DNA of 64,000 nucleotides, from positions 64,001-128,000 of the forward strand of contig CAVWFS010000009.1 in NCBI GenBank assembly GCA_963754315.1, in the 5' to 3' direction. This stretch comes from an uncultured Candidatus Rokubacteria bacterium. GTDB taxonomy: Bacteria > Methylomirabilota > Methylomirabilia > Rokubacteriales > CSP1-6. Within the stretch, counting starts at the first letter, position 1, and each line of letters opens with the position of its first letter. A program made the translations under genes and the position numbers. The notes under the pieces were generated by a model that saw nothing but the letters and a program-made list of their open reading frames with translations, was not told where the DNA came from and ran no database searches. Shown here one piece after another: positions 18,659 to 28,410 of this stretch.

Positions 18659-19867
18659 TCACCCCGCCTTTCGCAGCGATGTCGGGGGCAGCGAACGCTG
18701 CACCGCATCCGCTCCCGCGTTTTTCGAGACGATGTCGGAGGCAGCCGGCGCTTCACCTTGTCGGTCGACCCAGAGCATCAACGCCAGGAAGAGCGGCGTG
18801 CCCGCCGCGGCCAACGCGATGAACCATTGCGCGCGACCGAAGGCGGACAGGATCAGGATCAGGTAGATGAAATCGCGATGGGAGAAGGCCTCGATCAGGC
18901 GCGCCATCGTGCGGTCGGCTCCGCTCAGAGCTTCCCCCGCGATGAAGCGTCGCGAGGCGAGGCTGGCGGCGCCGAGGGTGCCGGCAACGGCCAGCACTCC
19001 GAGCCCCAGCGGCCACAGAGCCTGGGCGGACAGACTCCAGCCGATCGCCATGCAGGCGAAGATGGCCTGGTGCACGAGATTGTCACCCCAAAAGTCCAGG
19101 GTGGCTCCCCCGCGCGACTCCAGGAACTTGAGTCGCGCGATCTCCCCGTCGCAGCCGTCGAGGATCGAGTGCGTGAGAAAGAGCAACGCCCCCACGAGCT
19201 GGAACCCTGGCGCCGACGAGAGGAAGAACGGCGCTCCCAGCAAGCCAACGGCCACGCTGAACAGGGTGATCATGTTCGGGGTTACCGGCGTCCGAACCAA
19301 CCAGCGGGTGAGCCCGAGGGACAGACGCCGCTCGAAATGTCGCGACATGAAGCCCTCGTTCGCCTTGACGAGACTCCGCAGCAGCCACTTCTCCGCGGTC
19401 TTGACGTCGGCGGGACCGTTGATCACGAAGCGTCCGCTGGGGGCCACCGACCCGGCGACGATCGGCAAGGTGCCCGCCAGCTCGGCCAAGGCCTCGTCAG
19501 TCGTTGCGCAGCCAAGCGCAGTCTTGAGGACACGCCCGGGATCCTCCGTCTCCACCACCACCGTCCCGGACGTATCGCGATGGATGGTGTCCTGGGGCAA
19601 GAGCATCTCGAGCAGTTCGCGCAGCCATCGGGTTTGAGGGACGACATTGGCGGGGAGCAGGACGACGCGGCTTCGCGCGGGGCGTGAGCCCTGCAGCTCG
19701 TCGGGAGTGCCGACACGGTCGAATCCCGCCCGTAACCCGGCAAGGACGGCGCGCCGGCGCAGCGCCACCCCCAGCACCACCGTGTCACCCGAGACCGGAG
19801 CCGACGTGACAGCCGGCGGCATGATCACGAGCAAGCTCTCGGTGGGAGCGACCGCGGCAGGATTCAC
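18659..19867 (-). CDS. CDP-alcohol phosphatidyltransferase with degenerate N-terminal NTP-transferase-like region
   Basis: TPNMIT and LDGCDGEIARLKFLESRGGATLDFWGD (DGxxAR-x8-GxxxDxxxD signature). Confidence 0.9.
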   Translation of the reverse strand: MNPAAVAPTESLLVIMPPAVTSAPVSGDTVVLGVALRRRAVLAGLRAGFDRVGTPDELQGSRPARSRVVLLPANVVPQTRWLRELLEMLLPQDTIHRDTSGTVVVETEDPGRVLKTALGCATTDEALAELAGTLPIVAGSVAPSGRFVINGPADVKTAEKWLLRSLVKANEGFMSRHFERRLSLGLTRWLVRTPVTPNMITLFSVAVGLLGAPFFLSSAPGFQLVGALLFLTHSILDGCDGEIARLKFLESRGGATLDFWGDNLVHQAIFACMAIGWSLSAQALWPLGLGVLAVAGTLGAASLASRRFIAGEALSGADRTMARLIEAFSHRDFIYLILILSAFGRAQWFIALAAAGTPLFLALMLWVDRQGEAPAASDIVSKNAGADAVQRSLPPTSLRKAG

Positions 19868-20889
19868 TCTCGCACCTCCACCCGAACTGGACGTCCTCCC
19901 AGGCGGTCCGAGATGCGAGCGGCACTCTCGAGGGCTACACACCACGACGCCGCGTCAAGGTTGGAGGCCTCAGGATTGCCGGCGGCGAAGGCTCCCACGA
20001 ACTCGGCGGTCACCGCGTCAAACCAGTCCGGGTGCTGGGAGCCATCGGACAACGCAGGCGGGCAGTGCCAGCGGCGCTCGTCGCCGGTGCGACGTGACTG
20101 AACCACGATGGTGTCGTCGAGAAGCTGCAGCACACCATCGACACCGCTCACCTCGGCCCAGTTCCGCCGCGAATCGGAGGCCCAGGTGAGGAAGAGGTCA
20201 GCCTTGGCGGCGGGGAACGTGACCTGGACGCTCGCGGTATCCTCCACGGCGAACGCCTGATGGCGGCGCGTTTCCAGCGCGGCACTGACCGCCACTGGCG
20301 CCTGTCCGACCCATCCCTGGACGATGTAGAAGACGTGCCAGCCGTGGTCGGTGAGCACGCCACCGCCAGCCACGGCGGGGTCGACGCGCCAGTTGGTGTC
20401 GGTATCGACGGTTGCCGCCGGGCGGGCCCGAAGCGTGTGCCAAACCACCGAGGTGACGTCCCCCACGGCGCCCGCCTCGATCAGCTCGCGTGTACGCCGC
20501 ACGATGGGCGCGTGATTCCAGTTGTGCACGGTGTGCAGAATCCGCCGTCCCTCCCGCGCCACACGGGTCAACTGCCGTAATTCGTCTTGTGAGCCTACGA
20601 GCGGTTTCTCGCAGAGTACGTGCAGACCGCGCTCGAGAGCCCTCTGGGCCAGCGCGGCATGGCTGGACGGGGGCGTGCAGATGTCGACGAAATCCAGAGC
20701 CTCGCTCGCCAGAAGGGTTTCGGCCGAGTCGTACCAGCGCGCGCGCGGCAGTTCGGCCGCTGCCGCCGCGCGTCGCCACGGACGTGTGTCGGCTACCGCA
20801 ACGATCTCGACGTCTCGCCGCCGCGTCCAGCCGGGAAGGTGACCGTGGAGGGCGACGTTGCCGAAGCCGATGAGGGCGCCGCGCCACAT
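19864..20889 (-). CDS. Gfo/Idh/MocA oxidoreductase
   Basis: ALIGFGNVA, VDICTPPSSH, HVLCEKP and GGGVLTDHGWH motifs. Confidence 0.92.
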   Translation of the reverse strand: MWRGALIGFGNVALHGHLPGWTRRRDVEIVAVADTRPWRRAAAAAELPRARWYDSAETLLASEALDFVDICTPPSSHAALAQRALERGLHVLCEKPLVGSQDELRQLTRVAREGRRILHTVHNWNHAPIVRRTRELIEAGAVGDVTSVVWHTLRARPAATVDTDTNWRVDPAVAGGGVLTDHGWHVFYIVQGWVGQAPVAVSAALETRRHQAFAVEDTASVQVTFPAAKADLFLTWASDSRRNWAEVSGVDGVLQLLDDTIVVQSRRTGDERRWHCPPALSDGSQHPDWFDAVTAEFVGAFAAGNPEASNLDAASWCVALESAARISDRLGGRPVRVEVRE

Positions 20890-20890
20890 G

Positions 20891-22219
20891 TTACGAGAGC
20901 CCGTGTTCGCGCAGGACGACCTCGAGTGCGTCGTCGAGGATGGCCAGCCCGGCCAACGCCGTCTCCTCGGTGATGACGAGGGGAGGATTGATCCGGATGG
21001 GCGTGGTGTAGGACATGGTGGCCAGGCCGCGACGGAGACATTCCTGATACAGAGCCTGGGTGACCACCTTCGGGACCGGCTCCCTGGTTTTCGGATCACG
21101 CACCAGCTCGATCCCCAGCAGGAGGCCCTTACCCCGGACCTCGCCCACGCACCGATACTTCTCCTTCAACGCTTCCAGGCGGGTGAGCATCGCTCGTCCG
21201 ACGCGCTCCGAGTTCTTGACGAGATCCTCTCGGAGGATGATCTCGAGGGAGGCGAGACCGGCGGCCGCCGCCAGGGGATTCCCGCCATAGCTCGAGGAGC
21301 TATAGCTCGGGTTGGACCACGGTTTGGCGGCCGTGATGGTATCCGTGGAGATCACGGCGCTGAGGGGGAAACCGCCTCCGATGCCCTTGCCGACGGTCAT
21401 GATATCGGGCACGACACCGTCGTGCTCGGCGCCCCACAGAAGGCCCGTACGGCCGAACCCGGTGATCATCTCATCCGCGATGAGAAGGGCATCATGCTCA
21501 CGCGCGATTGCCTGCACGGCGCGTAAGAAGCCTTCGGGTGGGACCACGTTGCCGGCCGTACCCTGGATGGGCTCCACGATGATGGCGGCGATGTCGCCCG
21601 AGGTCTGGTGCCTGATCACGTCGCGGATGTAGTCGGCGCACGCGATACCGCACTCCGGGTAGCGGAGCCGAAGGGGACAGCGGTAGCAATCGGCATAGGG
21701 GGTGAGGTGGTGACCAGGCATGAACGGGCCCTGATGGTGCTTGAAATCGCTTCCGAGCAAAGGCAACACCCCGCTCGTCTTGCCGTGAAAACCGCCCCAG
21801 AACGCGAGCACCTCGTGCTTGCCCGTGGCCGCCTTGGCCAGACGCAGCGCGGCCTCCACCGCCTCCGCACCTCCGGAGAACATCTGAATGCGGGTGAGAC
21901 CCTCGGGGGTCACGCTGGCCAGGAGCTCGAGGAACTTCGCCCGCGTTTGAGTGGTGAAGCTCCCGAAGGTGAGCCGTTGCACTTGCTCGATGAGCGCCGC
22001 CACGTAATGAGGATGGCAGTGGCCGACGCTGCCCACGGCGATGCCGGCGATGAAGTCGATGTAGGTGTTGCCATCTTCGTCGATGAGCGTGCAGCCCTCG
22101 CCGCGGGCCATGGCCAGACCCGCATACTGCGCGAAACCTTGCAGGCCGGGGGCGATATGTCGTCGCTCCTGCGCGACCACCGCCTTCGAGCGCGGGCCGA
22201 CTTCGCGCCGCTCGCTCAT
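20891..22219 (-). CDS. Class-III PLP-dependent aminotransferase
   Basis: SGGAEAVEAALRLA, GFHGKT, IVEPIQG, LIADEMITGFGRTG and PDIMTVGKG motifs. Confidence 0.95.
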   Translation of the reverse strand: MSERREVGPRSKAVVAQERRHIAPGLQGFAQYAGLAMARGEGCTLIDEDGNTYIDFIAGIAVGSVGHCHPHYVAALIEQVQRLTFGSFTTQTRAKFLELLASVTPEGLTRIQMFSGGAEAVEAALRLAKAATGKHEVLAFWGGFHGKTSGVLPLLGSDFKHHQGPFMPGHHLTPYADCYRCPLRLRYPECGIACADYIRDVIRHQTSGDIAAIIVEPIQGTAGNVVPPEGFLRAVQAIAREHDALLIADEMITGFGRTGLLWGAEHDGVVPDIMTVGKGIGGGFPLSAVISTDTITAAKPWSNPSYSSSSYGGNPLAAAAGLASLEIILREDLVKNSERVGRAMLTRLEALKEKYRCVGEVRGKGLLLGIELVRDPKTREPVPKVVTQALYQECLRRGLATMSYTTPIRINPPLVITEETALAGLAILDDALEVVLREHGLS

Positions 22220-23052
22220 CGGTTCTCCCGCGCGAAGCGCAGGGCGAGGTAGCTGGCGATGGCAGCGGCCGCCTCGTCACGGTACAGGGCGAAGCTCGGC
22301 CACGCATTGAGGTCGAGGAGCACCAGCTGTCCATCGGCGGTCGCGATGGCGTCCCCGCCGTACACCTCGAGACCGAGGGCGGCAGCGGCCGCGCGGGCCA
22401 GTCGGCCGAGCCGCCCTGGATCCAGCGGATGTCCGGCCAAGGTCTGATCCTTGTGGTAGAACCAGCGAAACCAGCCCGGCCCCGAGCGCGCGGCCCCGGT
22501 GCCAATGCCGTAAAATTTCACCAGATCGCCGGTGACGTGGGGCTGGATGACCGCCCGCGCGATTCCGCGGGCGGCGAGCGCGGCCATCGCGTCAGCTACC
22601 GCGCGCGGGGAGTCGGCGTGAACCACGTCGCCTTCTTGCGTGTTGTGCACGTCGGCTCGCTTGATCCAAACCGGCGAGGTGACGACGGGAGGCATGACCT
22701 CGGTGGACACCAGACGGCTCTCGATGAAGGGGACGTTCGCCTCCTGAAAATACTCGATCATCCGGCTGCGGTACGTATTCAATACGGCGCGCGGACTGTT
22801 GACATGGGCGACGCCATTGGCCTCCCAGGTGGCCAGCAGCGCGAGCACGTCGACCCGTTCACACATGAGGAAGACATGATCGGGAGGGCGCTCGGCGTCG
22901 GGGGTCAGCTCCTCCGGCCCCTTCAGCACGACCGCAAACCCCCGGGCCTCGAGCTCCTTGCCGGTGAGTCGTAAGATCTCCGCGTCGTCGCACTCCCGGC
23001 CCGGCGAATGCGCCCGCTCGCGAAACAGGCCCCAGCATCGGGACTCCCTCAC
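22216..23052 (-). CDS. ATP-grasp-like conserved protein
   Basis: WIKRADVH, IQPHVTGDLVKFYG and LGLEVYGGDAI..LLDLNAWPSF. Confidence 0.75.
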   Translation of the reverse strand: MRESRCWGLFRERAHSPGRECDDAEILRLTGKELEARGFAVVLKGPEELTPDAERPPDHVFLMCERVDVLALLATWEANGVAHVNSPRAVLNTYRSRMIEYFQEANVPFIESRLVSTEVMPPVVTSPVWIKRADVHNTQEGDVVHADSPRAVADAMAALAARGIARAVIQPHVTGDLVKFYGIGTGAARSGPGWFRWFYHKDQTLAGHPLDPGRLGRLARAAAAALGLEVYGGDAIATADGQLVLLDLNAWPSFALYRDEAAAAIASYLALRFARENR

Positions 23053-23065
23053 CCTCGCACCTCCC

Positions 23066-23776
23066 TCACACGCTCTGGGACGCCTGACTGAGCGACTCGG
23101 CCAAGGTCACGTCGCACGCGCGATCCACGTCGACGACCGTTTGCATCGTTTCCGCGTACACGGGGTCGCCGCGCTCGACGAGCCACGCGAGGAAATCGCG
23201 CAGCCGTTCGAGGCCCCTCGGGGGAGCCTGCCGACGACGCGCTTCCGGGATCAGGTAGAGCCCCGCCGTCACCACGTCGCCCGTCCGTTCGCCCAACCGG
23301 TGCACGCGGCCACCGTCACCGAGGGTGACCCACAAGGGGTTTTCGTCGGCGACGAGCGGGGTGACGGCAAGAACAGTGGCCGCCGGCGGCCGCGCGGTGG
23401 CTGCGGCCACGAAGCGGACGAAGTCAGCGGGGTGACACCAGGCGTCGACGGTGGAGATCAGCATGGCGCCGGGGGTGTCGTCGGCCGCGACCTCGGCAAA
23501 GCTCTCCAGGGAGGAGCCGGTGGTCTTGACGATGAAGCGAAGGTCGAGGTCGGGGAAGCGCGCCCGGCTCCACTCCACACAGTCCCGCCCGCGCTCGTTG
23601 ACGATGATGGTCACCGGCTCGATCTCGGCCGCCCGGAAGTTTCCGATGACTCTCTCGAGCAGGGGAACGCCGGCCACGGGCACCAGAGGCTTCGGCATTG
23701 GCCATCCGTCGGCGCGCAAACGTCTGCCCTCACCGGCGGCGATGATACCGCCCGTCAGCCTTCTTCCCCGCCTCAC
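23066..23776 (-). CDS. Nucleotidyltransferase (NTP_transferase family)
   Basis: GIIAAGEGRRL..PKPLV N-terminal motif; C-terminal VVDVD. Confidence 0.9.
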   Translation of the reverse strand: MRRGRRLTGGIIAAGEGRRLRADGWPMPKPLVPVAGVPLLERVIGNFRAAEIEPVTIIVNERGRDCVEWSRARFPDLDLRFIVKTTGSSLESFAEVAADDTPGAMLISTVDAWCHPADFVRFVAAATARPPAATVLAVTPLVADENPLWVTLGDGGRVHRLGERTGDVVTAGLYLIPEARRRQAPPRGLERLRDFLAWLVERGDPVYAETMQTVVDVDRACDVTLAESLSQASQSV

Positions 23777-24447
23777 TCCAGTACGTCCTCCAGTTCCTTC
23801 AACGTCCGGATCGTCCGGTCACCCGCGCAGCACACCGACCCGCTCGCCTCACCGGACAACCAGACGTGCGGCATCCCCGCGGCACGGGCGCCGGCCATGT
23901 CGCGCGCCAGGGAATCTCCGACAAATGTCGCCTCGGCGGGCGAGACTCGCAGCCCCTCCACCGCGCGTCGGAAGATGCGCGGATCGGGCTTGGTGCACCC
24001 GGCCCACACAGAGTCGACGATGATCCCGAAGAACGGCCGGACTCCGACATCATCGCACACCGTCACCAGGTTGCCGTAGAAGTTGGACACGACGCCGAGC
24101 CGGAAGCGCCCGGCCAGGCGAGCCAAAAGCGGAAAGTTCTGATGGGCGCTGGCCATCGTGTCGTCGACAAAGGCGGTCGTGACCCGCTCGGTCAGGCCCT
24201 CCTCCTCGGCGCCATGGAGCCGGCGCGTGACCCCGGCCGCTACCCGGCGCACGGTGTCCCGGAAGGGGAGGGTGCTCGGGATGACGCCGACGAGGGCGTC
24301 GTCGGCCGCGTAGAAGATGGGGTCGAAGAGCTCGAGCGAGATGTCGATCCCCTCTGCACAATAGAGCCGGAAGAATCGTTCCTTCCATGGCACTCCGTCG
24401 GCATCCAAGGTGCCTCCGAAGTCGAACAGGACTGCCGCCTGTGTGAT
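23773..24447 (-). CDS. HAD-superfamily hydrolase; probable start at ATC 24447
   Basis: LFDFGGTLD, VVSNFYGNL, KPDPRIF and FVGDSLARDM motifs; AGGGAG 7 nt before the ATC. Confidence 0.88.
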   Translation of the reverse strand: MTQAAVLFDFGGTLDADGVPWKERFFRLYCAEGIDISLELFDPIFYAADDALVGVIPSTLPFRDTVRRVAAGVTRRLHGAEEEGLTERVTTAFVDDTMASAHQNFPLLARLAGRFRLGVVSNFYGNLVTVCDDVGVRPFFGIIVDSVWAGCTKPDPRIFRRAVEGLRVSPAEATFVGDSLARDMAGARAAGMPHVWLSGEASGSVCCAGDRTIRTLKELEDVLE

Positions 24448-24552
24448 CGTTCTACTCCCTGGAGCGGCCTCGAGCCAGCCACCCCAAAATTGTGTGACAC
24501 AATGACATGATACCGAAAATATGCGCGCGGGCGAGCCGAACAACGCGGTGCG

Positions 24553-24630
24553 TTAGCGGCCCTGCCAGTTCGGCTTACGCTTGTCGAGAAAGGCCCGGAC
24601 GCCTTCCTGAAAGTCGCTGCTCACGTGGCA
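24553..24630 (-). pseudogene. C-terminal relic of an enoyl-CoA hydratase
   Basis: The minus strand translates CHVSSDFQEGVRAFLDKRKPNWQGR*, a typical crotonase C-terminus, with no upstream body. Confidence 0.75.
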
Positions 24631-24694
24631 GGAGAAAAATCTCGAGCCCTGGCAGCGCGACCACCGTGACCGGTGAACCGGTCACACCATACAA

Positions 24695-24723
24695 TTGACG
24701 CTCCCGGAGCAAGCGGCTAGGCT
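24695..24723 (+). promoter_or_regulatory. Sigma70-type promoter
   Basis: TTGACG-17 nt-TAGGCT upstream of ATG 24736. Confidence 0.6.
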
Positions 24724-24735
24724 GGTGCGCACGCC

Positions 24736-25104
24736 ATGAGGGCCACGTCATTTCGGCTGATCGTGATGGCGGCCGCGCTCGTCGTGGTCGCCGTCGGTTT
24801 TGTTCAGGCTCAGGAAGCGTTCCGAGTCACGTTCGAAGTCGACCGGACCAATCCCGAGCAGGCCCAGGTCGCGGGCACTGTCTCGAACGAGTCCGCCCAG
24901 GAGATGCTCGACGTGTCGGTGACGGCCGAGGCGCTCGACGCACGGGGCAAGGTCGTGGCGCGCGGCATCACCTACGTGACCCCGCGCATTCCAGGGCGGG
25001 GCAGCGTGCCATTTGTGGCCAAGGTGCCCAACGTTCCCAGCGCGGTCCGCTATCGCGCATCTGTGAGCTCGTTTCGACCCGGCATGAGCTCCCAGGCACC
25101 GTAG
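24736..25104 (+). CDS. Secreted FxLYD-like Ig-fold protein
   Basis: Signal peptide; VAGTVSNES..VSVTAEALDARGKVV..IPGRGSVPF pattern. Confidence 0.65.
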   Translation: MRATSFRLIVMAAALVVVAVGFVQAQEAFRVTFEVDRTNPEQAQVAGTVSNESAQEMLDVSVTAEALDARGKVVARGITYVTPRIPGRGSVPFVAKVPNVPSAVRYRASVSSFRPGMSSQAP

Positions 25105-25119
25105 TCAGCGGCCCCCGCG

Positions 25120-25944
25120 GTGGCGCTCCTCGAGCGGCATGTCGTCTTCATCACGGGGGCGTCCTCCGGGATCGGGGCTGCCCTCGGCCGCGAGTTCGCG
25201 CGTCAGGGGGCGGATGTCGCCCTCGCGGCCCGCCGCGCGGAGCGCCTGGAGGCGCTGGCGGCTGAGATCCGGGCCCGGGGCCGCCGCGCGCTCGCCCTGG
25301 CCTGTGACGTCACCAAGGATGGCGACCTCGAGGGCGCTGTCGCTCGCACGCGCCAAGAGCTGGGGCCCATCGATATTCTCGTCGCCAATGCGGGATTCGG
25401 CGTCCGCGGGGCCGTCGAGCGTCTCACGCTCGACGACTATCGCCGTCAGCTGGAGACGAACGTGTTTGGCGTCCTCCGGACGATATACGCCGGCCTGGAG
25501 GATCTCAAGCGCACGCGCGGCCGCCTCGTTCTCATGGGTAGCGTGAACGCCTACCTGGCGTTCGCGGGCAGCTCGCCGTACAGCATGAGCAAGTTCGCCC
25601 TACGCGCCCTCGCTGACTCCCTCCGCCACGAGCTGGCCGCGTCCGGCGTCAGCGTGACGCTCATTAACCCCGGTTTGGTCGAGTCGGAGATCCACCAGGT
25701 GGACAACCGGGGAGTTTGGCATCCGGAGGCGAAGAGTCCGGCTCCGGACTGGCTCCGGATGCGGACCGATCGCGCTGCCCGCCAGATCGTCCGCGCGGTG
25801 TGGCAGCGCCGGTCCGAGCGCGCGGTCACCGTCCATGGAAAGCTCGCCGTCTTCTTCCAGCGTCACGCCCCCTGGCTGATCGCGAGGGCTGTCCGCGCGT
25901 TCGGGATCCGAGGACGCCAGCCCCCTGCGGCGAGGAGCGCATAG
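25120..25944 (+). CDS. Short-chain dehydrogenase/reductase
   Basis: ITGASSGIG, VANAG and YSMSK (YxxxK) motifs. Confidence 0.93.
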   Translation: MALLERHVVFITGASSGIGAALGREFARQGADVALAARRAERLEALAAEIRARGRRALALACDVTKDGDLEGAVARTRQELGPIDILVANAGFGVRGAVERLTLDDYRRQLETNVFGVLRTIYAGLEDLKRTRGRLVLMGSVNAYLAFAGSSPYSMSKFALRALADSLRHELAASGVSVTLINPGLVESEIHQVDNRGVWHPEAKSPAPDWLRMRTDRAARQIVRAVWQRRSERAVTVHGKLAVFFQRHAPWLIARAVRAFGIRGRQPPAARSA

Positions 25945-25960
25945 TATACTGATGGCCGCT

Positions 25961-26039
25961 GACCCCGTCGTCTAGCCTGGCCCAGGACGCAACCCTTTCA
26001 AGGTTGAGACCGCGGGTTCGAATCCCGCCGGGGTCACCA
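25961..26039 (+). tRNA. tRNA-Glu(TTC)
   Basis: Acceptor stem GACCCCG/CGGGGTC, anticodon arm CAACC-CTTTCAA-GGTTG, T-loop GTTCGAATC, encoded CCA; TATACT -10 at 25945. Confidence 0.96.
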
Positions 26040-26054
26040 GAAAAACTCCTGAAA

Positions 26055-26091
26055 AACCCGTGGTTTCCCGCACAGTTGGCGACCACGGGTT
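26055..26091 (+). terminator. Inverted repeat downstream of the tRNA
   Basis: AACCCGTGGT...ACCACGGGTT 10-bp stem. Confidence 0.5.
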
Positions 26092-26307
26092 CTCCCTCCG
26101 AATCAGGCGTTTTAGTCCCCTTTAGACCCCGAAACGGTATCGGATTCGTATCGTGTCTAGACAACTTTTGGTGCCCACGCTGGGCGCCGCCGTTGTTCGT
26201 GTGGTACCGTCGCCGTTCGCGGGCCTAGGGTAGCTCCCAAACGCCGACAATCCTGACCGGCCTGGCCCGCGTGTTCCTTGTCAGGGGCTCTCTGTTAGGA
26301 GGAGCCA

Positions 26308-26462
26308 TGGCCAGCACACGCTGTCCGATCCACGCGCGCGTCCTGCTGTGTCCCGCGCGTTTCGGATCCAGAGGCGGCAGGACTGTCACGCCGGCCAAGC
26401 TGGCCGCCCTCGTCCGCGCCCGCCAGGCGCTCCACGCCAAGCCCGCCGATGCCCCGAAATGA
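26308..26462 (+). CDS. Small basic protein upstream of the integrase
   Basis: RBS GGAGGAG; MASTRCPIH...GSRGGRTVTPAKLAA; ATGA overlap with the integrase start. Confidence 0.45.
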
Positions 26463-27607
26463 GTGTCCAGCGGATCCGCAATCACGGCGTGTGGGTCTAC
26501 CGGGCGCGCGTGAGCTACCAGGGACGCCGCCGGGCCGCGAACCGCACCACGCGAGAAGCGGCGCGCCTGGCGGAAGCGGAGCTGCTGCGCGAGCTGAAAG
26601 CGGATGCCGTCGCCGCCCAGGCGCCGACCGCGCCGCGGCCGGCGACCTTGCGCCAGGTCCTGGAAGTCTACGTGGACGGGCTGGCGGATCGCGGGAAGAG
26701 CCCCGACACCATCCGTGGCCGTGGGCGCCTGCCACACCATCGAACGACTGACGCCGGCGCTGCTGGACAAGCCCGTGTCCCAGATCACGGAGGCGGATAT
26801 CTTCGCGTTCCGCCGCGCGCGCGTGGAGCAGTCCGCCACCGCCGTCCGATCTACGGGCGGAAGCGGCCGCGTTGCGCGGGAAGGGGGAGCGCGAGAAAGC
26901 CAAGCAGGGGGAACAGGCGGCGAAGGCCGCGGAGAAAGCCGGGACGAAACCCAGCACGATCAATCGGGATCTGCGGACGCTGCGCGCGGCGCTCAAACGT
27001 GCGATCCCCGGCTATCGGTTTCCGGCCGGCGTGTTTTTCCCGGAGGACGAGACGCGCGTTCGCTGGCTGCGCCGGAGGAAGCTGGTGCTCGAACGATGCG
27101 ATCCGTTCCGCGAAATCGCCCAGCTGGCCGCGCTGACGCTGATGCGCTGTCCGAAGTCCGGACCTACGCCTGGAGGACGTGTTTCTGGACCAGGGCGTGG
27201 TGATGCTGCCGCGCGCGAAGGAAGGGCCACGCCCAGTGATCCCGAGCGACCGCGCCCAGGAGCTGCTCCGCGTCCAGCTCGCCGGCCACAATTCGTCGTG
27301 GGTGTTCCCGAACGCGGAGGGCCACCCGTATGCCCGCGCTTACGTGGGACGTGTGTTCCGCCAGGCGGCGCGCGCGGCTGGGTTGAAGGACTTCACGTTC
27401 CACGATCTACGCCACCACGGTTCCAGGATGGCGCTGAACGCCGGATTCACGACGCAGATCCTGATGGCCCTGGGCGGCTGGAAAACAGAACGCATGATCC
27501 GCAGATATGCTTCCGTGACGGATCCCACCTTGCGCGCCGTGGCGAGCGCCGTCGCTGGCGCGCCGACTGCGGCGCCGTGGCAGGAGCCGCGGAAGGCATA
27601 TCCGTAA
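26459..27607 (+). pseudogene. Tyrosine recombinase/integrase with several frameshifts, next to tRNA-Glu
   Basis: Pieces in three frames: arm-type N-terminus (VYRARVSYQGRRR), KPSTINRDLRTLRAAL, ALTLMR, FHDLRHH, LGGWKT, RRYA. Confidence 0.85.
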
Positions 27608-27644
27608 GACCAGCTGCTCCCAAACCGCACAAGGAGGGTCGAAG

Positions 27645-27953
27645 ATGAATTACGCAACCGCAATCGTCATCGCCGCGGGTCTGATTGCTGGCGCTTTTCT
27701 AAACCACGTGGTGGCGCCGCTGATCGTGGATGGAACCGGGACGGTGCAGTCGCAGCCGCCGCAGTCGCCCCCCGTCGGTAAGTACGCGATTGCCACTGAC
27801 GGCACTTCCAAGGGAAGTATATGGCGGGTCGATACAGCTACCGGCCAGCTATGGCACTGCTACGCGGTCGGGGGGCCCGCCCCGGCCGACCCAGGCACCA
27901 TCAGGTGCAAAACCGAACCAGCCCCGCCGAAAGGCGTTGAGGGCAAAAAGTGA
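27645..27953 (+). CDS. Small membrane-anchored hypothetical protein
   Basis: RBS AAGGAGG; N-terminal hydrophobic helix; GKYAI..IWRVDTATGQLWHC. Confidence 0.6.
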   Translation: MNYATAIVIAAGLIAGAFLNHVVAPLIVDGTGTVQSQPPQSPPVGKYAIATDGTSKGSIWRVDTATGQLWHCYAVGGPAPADPGTIRCKTEPAPPKGVEGKK

Positions 27954-28410
27954 GAATGTAGGCTTGCCGGGACGTCTGCAGCCGATGCTGGGCGGCCTGC
28001 CACCAGGGGGCTCGGGGACGATCCGGAGCGCCTCGTTGACGGGGGCGCTGATCCGGTCGTCCTTGGGCTGGAGCGTCGGCTTCTTCATCCCCCAGCCGTC
28101 CCGCTTCTTCCTCCTGCCCCACCCCAGCACTCCCGGTAGAGATCTACCCATCGTGCTTCTCTAGGCCTCGGGCCGGGACGAAAATGGGGCTCGTTCAGGG
28201 GAAAAGTATGTCTGGGAGTGCTGAACTTACAAGCTAAAGTCTGGGCTCGGTGGTAGCCCGAACGGGGCCCAACCGAAAGGCCAGTGCTGAGATTCCCCAC
28301 TATCACCGTGCGGAGACGCTCGGGCTTTGGCCGAGCCGATGAAACACTGTTACGAGGATTGTTACGCCAATAGACATACTGGACCAGCCTCAGATCAAGG
28401 GAGGCGCTTC

